Positions 39,963 through 47,470 of a DNA stretch of 64,000 bases are shown piece by piece. The DNA comes from Gemmatimonadales bacterium. Lineage in GTDB: Bacteria > Gemmatimonadota > Gemmatimonadetes > Gemmatimonadales > GWC2-71-9. The stretch is from contig OZ252244.1 of the NCBI GenBank assembly GCA_965249575.1, forward strand, positions 2,816,001 through 2,880,000, written 5' to 3'. Made by a program: the position numbers and the translations under genes. The notes beneath the pieces are model-generated. The model did not search any database. It was not told where the DNA came from and worked only from the letters and a program-made list of their open reading frames with translations. Each line of letters begins with the position of its first letter. The first letter of the stretch is position 1.

Positions 39963-41336
39963 ATGTCGCTCTCTCTCGTACTTGGGCTCGTCATCGCAGC
40001 GACGCCCGCCCTGAGCCAGCACCCTCCAGGCCAGCAAGGAAGCCGCAACCTCCAGATCGTCTCGCACCTGCCGCTCGAGACCGAGGGCCTGTTCAGCACC
40101 TCGGATGTCGAGATCGAGCAGGAGTTGAGCCGTCCGTATGTCTACGTGTCACACGGGCACCGAAATCCTGGGTTCTTCGTCATCGATATCACGGATCCCG
40201 GAAACACGACTGCCCTGTATCGCTGGATCATCGAAGACGCCGAGCTGCACCAGGGAGCCGGGATGGACAACAAGTACTTCAAGCTCGGCGGCCGGTATTA
40301 CGACGTGCAGTCCTTTCAGTTTCGTGGCAGCGGTCCCGACACGGACCTCGGCGCCATCGTGTTCGATGTAACTGGACTCCCGGACACGAGCACTATTACC
40401 GAGGTGGGGCGCATACGCGCCCCCGACACGCCAGGCGGATTCCACAACATGTTCGCGTACAAGCACTCGGACGGTCGCGTCCTGCTCTTCACGACGACGA
40501 CCGGAGCCAACGTCAACGTCTACGACATGGCGAAGTTCGTCACCGGCGACCCGCTGCACGGGCTCATCAGCCGAATCCCAGTCCCTCGCGGCGAGCCGAA
40601 CCGCGGCGCCCTCGACGGCCCTCGGGGTGGTTATCACGACTTCTTCCTCGGATTCGATCCGGCCACGCAACGGGACAAGTTCTATGGCGCAGGCGCAGAC
40701 GGATACCACGTCTACGACGTAACCGTACCGGAGAATCCAAGGCTCATCACCTCGGTGATGGGCGCGGCGGGCGTCCCCAACGGGCACACGTTCACTCCGA
40801 CGCCCGACGGCCGGTACGCGCTGTCGATGTCGGCACCGACCTACCAGTACGCTCCGATCCGGATCTTCGACCTGAAACCGGGCCTCGACGGAGAGGTCAA
40901 GGCCGTCACGAGACCGGTCGGAGCCTGGATCGCCCAGTGGGATGGCGCGTCTCACAACCATGAGGTGCGCTGGCCCTACGCGTTCATCTCGGCGCAGGCC
41001 GATGGATTACAGGTGATCAACATCATGGACCCGACCAATCCGTACACCGTGGCCTACTACGATACCAAGCAGGGCCCCCGCCTGCACGGGGAGGATCTCG
41101 GGGGCTCGATCGGCACCGGGGGCGGGATTTACGAGGGGCCGTGGGGGGTGGACATTCGAAATGCAGATGGACTGATCGTCGTCAGCGATTTCAACTCGGG
41201 ATTCTGGGCCTTCAAGATGGAAGGGTTCGATTCATGGAACGGGCACCAGTGGGGCATGCCGAACGTCTCGAGCGTTCAGGATTGGGACAACGGGCCGGAC
41301 GGCGCCCGTGCGGCCGGGCAGGTGAGCCATCGCTAG
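39963..41336 (+). CDS. Exported His-rich beta-propeller protein (LVIVD-like), paralogue 2
   Basis: ATG after GAGGAGG; shares EQELSRPYVYV, YYDVQSFQF, GGFHN, GHTFTPTPDGR, SHNHEVRWPY, QWGMPN-SSVQDWDNGPDGA with 7845-9260. Confidence 0.72.
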   Translation: MSLSLVLGLVIAATPALSQHPPGQQGSRNLQIVSHLPLETEGLFSTSDVEIEQELSRPYVYVSHGHRNPGFFVIDITDPGNTTALYRWIIEDAELHQGAGMDNKYFKLGGRYYDVQSFQFRGSGPDTDLGAIVFDVTGLPDTSTITEVGRIRAPDTPGGFHNMFAYKHSDGRVLLFTTTTGANVNVYDMAKFVTGDPLHGLISRIPVPRGEPNRGALDGPRGGYHDFFLGFDPATQRDKFYGAGADGYHVYDVTVPENPRLITSVMGAAGVPNGHTFTPTPDGRYALSMSAPTYQYAPIRIFDLKPGLDGEVKAVTRPVGAWIAQWDGASHNHEVRWPYAFISAQADGLQVINIMDPTNPYTVAYYDTKQGPRLHGEDLGGSIGTGGGIYEGPWGVDIRNADGLIVVSDFNSGFWAFKMEGFDSWNGHQWGMPNVSSVQDWDNGPDGARAAGQVSHR

Positions 41337-41455
41337 CCGGGGGCCGCGGCGCCGCCGGAGAGAGCGATGCGCGTTCTTGCCGCCGTGAACCTTGACAACC
41401 CACCCTGATACGGGCCTCTTTGCGTTGACACTCGGAGCGTGCCAAGGATCTTCGT

Positions 41456-41803
41456 ATGAGCAGCGCCAACTTTCTCGAGCAGCAGCTATCCCGCCGATCA
41501 GCCTTGGCCTACGTCGCCGCTGTTGGATCCATCGCCCTCCTCGCCGCGTGCGATCGACACCCCCTCGCACCCGTTGGACAGCAGGTCATCGGACGGAACA
41601 ACCCCTTCTGGGCATTCCAGTTCGCGCACGACGAGTCCGTTCACGTCGTGATCTCCGAGAACCCAGACAGAGAGAAATTCAACCTGTCAGTGAGACGGGA
41701 CGGCAAGGATCTCGAGCACTTCGTTGGCTTGACGGACAAGACCGTGGGAGATGTGCGTTCCGACCACATTCAAGTTTCGTATGTCGACCCGCCCACAGCC
41801 TAA
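41456..41803 (+). CDS. Small hypothetical Tat-type lipoprotein
   Basis: SRRSAL twin-arginine-like motif, hydrophobic core, lipobox LAAC. Confidence 0.55.
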   Translation: MSSANFLEQQLSRRSALAYVAAVGSIALLAACDRHPLAPVGQQVIGRNNPFWAFQFAHDESVHVVISENPDREKFNLSVRRDGKDLEHFVGLTDKTVGDVRSDHIQVSYVDPPTA

Positions 41804-41929
41804 TGTTTTGGGCGGCATGCGGCCTCCGGGGGGGCGTGGCCCGGCTGAGCTCGAGGGCGTTCGCACGGCTTGTACAAAGATTGGCACCGGCGCTCCGCGT
41901 CGATCCCGCAGCGGAACGGAGGGCTGCTG

Positions 41930-42481
41930 ATGGCGGACCCTTTCCTGGCCGAGGTGAGGATCGTCGGGTTCAACTTCCCTCCGCGCGGCTGGGCTCAATG
42001 CGATGGGCAGATCCTCCCCATCAATCAGAACCAGAGTCTCTACGCGCTCCTTGGAACGACCTACGGTGGGGACGGCCGCACGACGTTCGCTCTTCCGGAG
42101 CTGCGGGGCCGGGTGCCCATCCACGTCGGATCCGCCGGGGGGGCCAGCCACCCGTTGGGTTCGAGGGGCGGAGAGGAGCGGCACCCGCTCAGCATAGGCG
42201 AGATGCCGTCGCACGATCATGCGGTACGAGGATCGTCCGACGCTGCGTCGATACCAGTTCCAAGTGGAGGCGTCCTTGCGGACAGCGCGCCCGAGGAGGT
42301 CTATCACGCGCCGTCGAGCCCGGTCTCTCTTCGCGCCGGAACGGTGGCCAACATCGGCGGCGGCCAGGGCCACGAGAACATGCAATCTTACTTGGTTCTC
42401 AACTTCGTAATCGCCATCGTGGGTACCTTCCCGAGCCGAAACGCCCCGAATCAACAGGCTCGGCCTCTAAAGGGGGATTGA
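41930..42481 (+). CDS. Phage tail-collar domain protein (microcystin-dependent MdpB-like)
   Basis: MADPFLAEVRIVGFNFPPRGWAQCDGQILPINQNQSLYALLGTTYGGDGRTTFALPELRGR...GGGQGHENMQSYLVLNFVIAIVGTFPSRN. Confidence 0.9.
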   Translation: MADPFLAEVRIVGFNFPPRGWAQCDGQILPINQNQSLYALLGTTYGGDGRTTFALPELRGRVPIHVGSAGGASHPLGSRGGEERHPLSIGEMPSHDHAVRGSSDAASIPVPSGGVLADSAPEEVYHAPSSPVSLRAGTVANIGGGQGHENMQSYLVLNFVIAIVGTFPSRNAPNQQARPLKGD

Positions 42482-42491
42482 GGCGTGGGCG

Positions 42492-42830
42492 ATGCCTGAC
42501 CCGTTCGTCGGCGAGATCAGGATGTTCGCGGGCACATTCGCACCCCGGAGCTGGGCGCTCTTGAATGGCCAGTTGATTCAGGTCAGCCAGAACAACGCGC
42601 TGTTTTCTCTGTTGGGCACCACGTATGGGGGCGACGGCCGCACGACGTTCGGCATCCCCGATTTGCGCGGGCGGCTGCCGGTCCACGCCGGCTCTGGGCC
42701 AGGGCTCACGTCACGGGCCTTGGGCCAGAAGAGCGGAAGCGAGAAGGTCGGAGTGACGGCAAACGAGCTGCCCGCCCACTCCCATGTCCTCCGGGGGTCG
42801 TCCGACGTGGCGAACGCACCCAACCCGCGG
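42492..42830 (+). pseudogene. Second tail-collar protein, 3'-truncated
   Basis: MPDPFVGEIRMFAGTFAPRSWA...GGDGRTTFGIPDLRGR...LPAHSH; lacks the GGxQxHEN..IAxxG C-terminus. Confidence 0.82.
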
Positions 42831-42985
42831 AGTCCTCGAGCCGGGTGAACACCGCCTCATAGAGAAAACCATCCTTCTCCTTTCCGATCGGTACGATGAA
42901 GATCGGAAGGTTGCCCAGCTCGGTGTGTTCCAGATTGTACATGCGCTGCTCGAGAAACGGATCGATCGGTCCGGTTCTCACGGCC
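42831..42985 (-). pseudogene. C-terminal fragment of a DUF6916-like protein
   Basis: GPIDPFLEQRMYNLEHTELGNLPIFIVPIGKEKDGFLYEAVF; this family is usually seen beside tail-collar genes; start and stop both lost. Confidence 0.6.
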
Positions 42986-42989
42986 GCGA

Positions 42990-44975
42990 AGCAACGCCTG
43001 GCGATGCAAGACGCCGGAGCGTTCGAATGGGATAGAGAGGGTGAGGATCAATACGCTGCGTATTGGACGCTCTTTCTCAAGTACCACTACCTGACCCCGA
43101 AGTGGACCGTGATGGTCAGCGAGCCCTCGGCGACCGTGTTCGCCCCGATCACCGGTTTTCGCGGGACGTTTCCGCTGTTGGTCGTGCTGGGTCTCTTGGT
43201 CGTCCTGTTCCTGGGCAACGTCGAGATCCGTCGAATACTGACCCCGTTGCGGCAGCTTCAAGCGGCCACCGCCCGCATCGGGCGTCGCGACTTCGGCGAG
43301 CCAGTCTCTGTGACTAGCCACGACGAATTCCGCGATCTCGGAAGCTCGTTCAACAGGATGGCCCTGCGGGTGCAGCAACAGTTCGGCGAGAGCGAGAGGT
43401 TGAATACTGCCCTCATCGAGACTGGCGAGGCACTCAAGGCAAATGAGGCTCGTCTCAGAACTATCCTGGATTCGTCGGCAGGAGGGATCGTGACCTTCGA
43501 TCCCGGAGGTATGATCGACTCATTCAATCGTACGGCGGCGCGGATGTTTGGATGCGAGGAAGCCGATATCGTCGGTCGTCCCCTCACCGACCTCATCGCG
43601 CCGTCCGGCAATGGAGATGACATCGGCGACCCCGACTTCGAGTCGGGCGCCACACGTGAACTCTTCGGTAGGCGGAGGGACGGCGAAACGTTCCCGATTG
43701 AGCTCGCTCTTCGCGAAGCGCAAGTTGGGGGGCAACCGATCGTCATCGGCTTTGTGCGCGATCTTTCGGAACGAAAGGCAGCGGAAGAGGAGCGTAAAGC
43801 TCTCGAGCACCGGCTCATGCAAGCTCAGAAAATGGAGAGCATTGGGACGCTCGCCGGAGGGATCCGCCCACGATTTCAACAATATTCTCACCCCGATCCA
43901 CGCCTACGTGGATCTTGCACTCCAAGACCTCCCTAAGGACTCCGATACTTATAGGGACATGGAGGATGTGCGGGCTGCGGCCGGCCGCGCTGGGGATCTG
44001 GTCCGCCAGATTCTCACGCTGAGCCGTCAAGGACACACTGAGCGGCAGCCCATCACGTTACAGCCGGTGATCAGAGAAGCATTCAACCTGCTCCGGTCGA
44101 CTATCCCCACGACGATCGAAATGGAGCTGTCCACCGATGGCGAGTGTGGCGCAGTGCTGGCAGATGGGACGCAGATCCATCAGGTGTTGATGAATCTCTG
44201 TACGAATGCCTACCATGCGATGCGGGAGGACGGGGGGACCATCAAGGTCGGATACGGCAGCCTGAACGTCGATTCCGATCTCGTTCGCGTCCATCCGCGG
44301 CTTCATGTGGGAGAGTACGTGTGTCTCACTGCAAGTGACACGGGGCCTGGCATCGAACCGGCCGTGTTGGAGCGGATATTTGAGCCGTTCTTCACCACCA
44401 AGGAGGTCGGCGAGGGGACGGGCCTCGGACTCTCGGTCGTCCAGGGCATCGTTCTGAGCCACGGCGGCGAGATCACGATGGAGAGTGTCCTCGGGAAGGG
44501 AACGACATTTTCCGTATACCTCCCCGTAGCGGGTACAGAGCCCGTCGCGCAGGAAGCGTCCGATATCGCCACCCTCGAGGGCGATGAGCGCGTGTTGGTG
44601 GTGGATGATGAGGAGTACATCACGCGGATGGCGAGTAGGCTGCTGAAGCGCCTGGGGTACAAGGTGAGGTCGGTGAACGATGGCAGGAAAGCACTGAGCC
44701 TCTTCCAAGCCGATCCGGGCGCGTTCGACGCCGTCATCAGCGACCAGACCATGCCGGGAATGACCGGGGTGCAGCTATTCCAGGAGCTTCGTCTCCTTAA
44801 CTCGACGTTGCCGTTCCTTCTTGTTACCGGATACAACGAAGGGGCCGTTGCCGACAAAGTCGAAGCGGGGACCCATTGCGAGGTACTGCGCAAGCCCCTT
44901 GGTCTCGAGAATCTGGGCAGTGGGCTGCGCCGAATCTTGAGCAGGGGGCGGCCATGCGCTGCGGCAGCCACGTAA
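42990..44975 (+). pseudogene. HAMP-PAS hybrid histidine kinase with receiver; 5'-truncated and frameshifted near 43864
   Basis: TM plus HAMP (DEFRDLGSSFNRMA), PAS (RRRDGETFPIEL), QAQKMESIGTLAGGI|AHDFNN split by an extra C, HQVLMNLCTNA, EPFFTTK, GTGLGL, VLVVDDE, SDQTMP. Confidence 0.85.
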
Positions 44976-45038
44976 CGGGACGATCAGGATGGGCTGGGGA
45001 GGGGCAGCGGCGGCAAAAACGATCGCACGAGGTGGGGG

Positions 45039-45488
45039 ATGAGCGCGCAACGATATCGTAGACCGACTCAGGTCCGTGGGGGAACGGCGCTGCCAGAGGT
45101 AACCCGGCGCACCAAGGTCATGGTTTCGATTCTCGTGGGATTGATCGTCGTGCCATTCGTAGCCGGGGGTTTCTCTGGTGTCGGCTCGTCGGACAGCGCG
45201 CCCTTGCCACCAGGCATCTTGGGGACATGGTCCACGACGGCACCCGGCTACTCGGGCAGTGCCTTCACACTAAGCGAGGCTTCCCTATCTTTTCACCGCG
45301 TGGATGGGACCGTGGAGGTCTATTCTGTCACAGGAGTGGAGTTGGTGCGTCGCGACGGCGGGAGCCAGTGCAAGCTGTATTACGCCATCGGTGACAATGC
45401 GCACACGTTTTCCTTCTTCTATGAGGAGCTGCCGCGCGAGATCATCCGGCTGGCGAATCAGAAACACATGGTGTGGACGAAGAACTGA
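45039..45488 (+). CDS. Hypothetical membrane-anchored protein
   Basis: 149-aa ORF with one N-terminal TM segment and LGTW motif; no family recognised. Confidence 0.55.
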   Translation: MSAQRYRRPTQVRGGTALPEVTRRTKVMVSILVGLIVVPFVAGGFSGVGSSDSAPLPPGILGTWSTTAPGYSGSAFTLSEASLSFHRVDGTVEVYSVTGVELVRRDGGSQCKLYYAIGDNAHTFSFFYEELPREIIRLANQKHMVWTKN

Positions 45489-45576
45489 GGAATGGCGCGC
45501 TTGAGCTTCGGTCCGCTTGATCAGGAGGCGGAGTGTACCGCTACCGCCGAGGGGTTTGTGGCGGTGGGAGGCTGGA

Positions 45577-45774
45577 TCAGTCTATGGTCGGCGGCTGCGG
45601 CCCCGGGATAATCCCGGCGAGGTCGGGGTCTTCGCCCGTGTCGATCTCTTGCTCGGCTTGCTGCGCCTTCATCTCCTTGCGAAGCACCCGGCGCTCTTCT
45701 TTGGCCTTCCGTTTTTCCCGCTTTGCCAGTTCGCGCTGCCGTTTTGCCTGAGTCTGAGGTCCGGGTCGCGCCAT
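45577..45774 (-). CDS. Small basic hypothetical protein (65 aa)
   Basis: MARPGPQTQAKRQRELAKREKRKAKEERR...EDPDLAGIIPGPQP; divergent from a DEAD-box helicase. Confidence 0.7.
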   Translation of the reverse strand: MARPGPQTQAKRQRELAKREKRKAKEERRVLRKEMKAQQAEQEIDTGEDPDLAGIIPGPQPPTID

Positions 45775-46156
45775 GAGCCACCATCCGTTCCGTAGATTCC
45801 AATGAATATAACGTAACACTCTTGAGGTCAAAACGGGCGGGGTGCCAGTAGCCGGGCCGGCTCGTACGACGTTCGTGCAGCGTCAGTCTGCTGGAGTCGC
45901 TAGATCCTTTTTGAGGGAGCCTTCGGGAAGGCTCGGGGGGTAAACTGGCATCTGAGGACGTGTTTAATTAGTTTTGGTCCGAAGCACGAACCGCGAGCTG
46001 GCATCTTCTCTTCCGCAGAATGGTACCCGCTCAGGGTGGGTACCGGCGCCCCGCAGACGCGTCGTTCATCCTCAGGTTCAGACAATCAGAGTCGTTGCGC
46101 TCCGGGTAGGCCTGCTGCCACCCGGCGCCGTGTGTCTGCCGTCAACCGGGAGGAAG

Positions 46157-47371
46157 ATGTCTTTTCAGTCATTGGGTCTCACACCCGAGCTCTTGCGAGC
46201 TGTAGAGGAGCAAGGGTATACCGAACCTACACCAATCCAAAGGGAAGCGATTCCGATAGGGCTCACAGGCCGCGATGTCGTCGGGTCGGCGCAAACAGGC
46301 ACCGGCAAGACAGCGGCCTTCATGCTTCCGATACTCCAGCGCCTCGGTACCGGCCCACGCGGGACGCTCAGGGCCCTGGTGCTCGTCCCCACTCGCGAGC
46401 TGGCCGAGCAGGTCAGGAACAGCGCGCAGGCCTACGGCCGCCACGCGAAGTTGCGGACAGTCGCCATTTATGGTGGGGTCGCTATGGAGCCGCAGACTCG
46501 GGCGCTGGCCGAGGGAGTCGACATCGTCGTGGCTACGCCGGGCCGCCTGCTCGACCACATGGGTCGGGGCCACGTGGATGCGTCAAAGCTCGAGGTATTG
46601 GTCTTGGACGAGGCGGACCGGATGTTGGATATGGGGTTCGCACCGGATGTCTACCGTATTCTCGACGCGTTACCGGCTGACCGACAAACCAAGTTCTTCT
46701 CGGCGACCATTTCGGTGGATGTTGACCGGCTGGCCCGTCGGGCGCTCAAGGGGCACGCTGCCGTCGAGATCGGCGAACGCGCCAAAGCCGCGGATGGGGT
46801 GGAACATTTTCTCGTGGCCGTCGACCGCGTCCAGAAGCGCAGCGTCCTGGCCAAGATGCTTGATGAAATGGCGCATGGTCGGACGCTGGTCTTCACCCGC
46901 ACCAAACACGGGGCCGACAAACTCGCCCGGCACTTGAAGCGCGAGGGCCACGGAGCGTCCGCGCTGCATGGGGGCATGACGCAGGGTGCTCGCAGCAAGG
47001 CGCTCGAGCGGTTCAAGAGCGGGAAGGTGACCATTCTGGTCGCGACGGACGTCGCGGCACGCGGGATCGACGTCAAGGACATCGTGATGGTGGTGAACTA
47101 CGATGTCCCCAACGACGCCGAGGTGTATGTGCACCGCGTGGGGCGGACCGCACGAGCGGGTGGTGGGGGAGTCGCGCTGACGCTCATGTCGCCGGATGAA
47201 TGGATGCTCATGTGGGACGTGGAGAAGCTGCTCGGGCGCTCCCTGCCTCGGGAGACGGTCGCGGGGTACGAGCCGGCCGCCCCGCCAATCCAGCCTCGCG
47301 CGATCAGCGACGTGCCCGTGCGCCAGGGACCCTCGCTCCGGCCGCGCACCGGGGGTGCCCGCAGGAGATAG
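46157..47371 (+). CDS. DEAD-box RNA helicase (RhlE-like)
   Basis: GYTEPTPIQ, AQTGTGKT, PTRELA, TPGRLLD, DEAD, SAT, ARGID, HRVGRTAR; RBS GGAGG. Confidence 0.95.
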   Translation: MSFQSLGLTPELLRAVEEQGYTEPTPIQREAIPIGLTGRDVVGSAQTGTGKTAAFMLPILQRLGTGPRGTLRALVLVPTRELAEQVRNSAQAYGRHAKLRTVAIYGGVAMEPQTRALAEGVDIVVATPGRLLDHMGRGHVDASKLEVLVLDEADRMLDMGFAPDVYRILDALPADRQTKFFSATISVDVDRLARRALKGHAAVEIGERAKAADGVEHFLVAVDRVQKRSVLAKMLDEMAHGRTLVFTRTKHGADKLARHLKREGHGASALHGGMTQGARSKALERFKSGKVTILVATDVAARGIDVKDIVMVVNYDVPNDAEVYVHRVGRTARAGGGGVALTLMSPDEWMLMWDVEKLLGRSLPRETVAGYEPAAPPIQPRAISDVPVRQGPSLRPRTGGARRR

Positions 47372-47470
47372 CAAAGCCTCAGGCCTGCAGGGAAAACCGG
47401 TGGATCCCCGAGGTGGCGAAAGCCTCGGCGACGGCCCACAGCGAGGCGAGGCCGTTCGGGTTATTCATTG

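Noticed and set aside
41882..41898. sigma-54 promoter before the tail-collar genes
   Set aside because: TGGCAC is present but there is no TTGC at the required spacing
41930..42848. Prophage
   Set aside because: No capsid, terminase, portal, baseplate or lysis genes; this collar type is common in non-phage chromosomal loci
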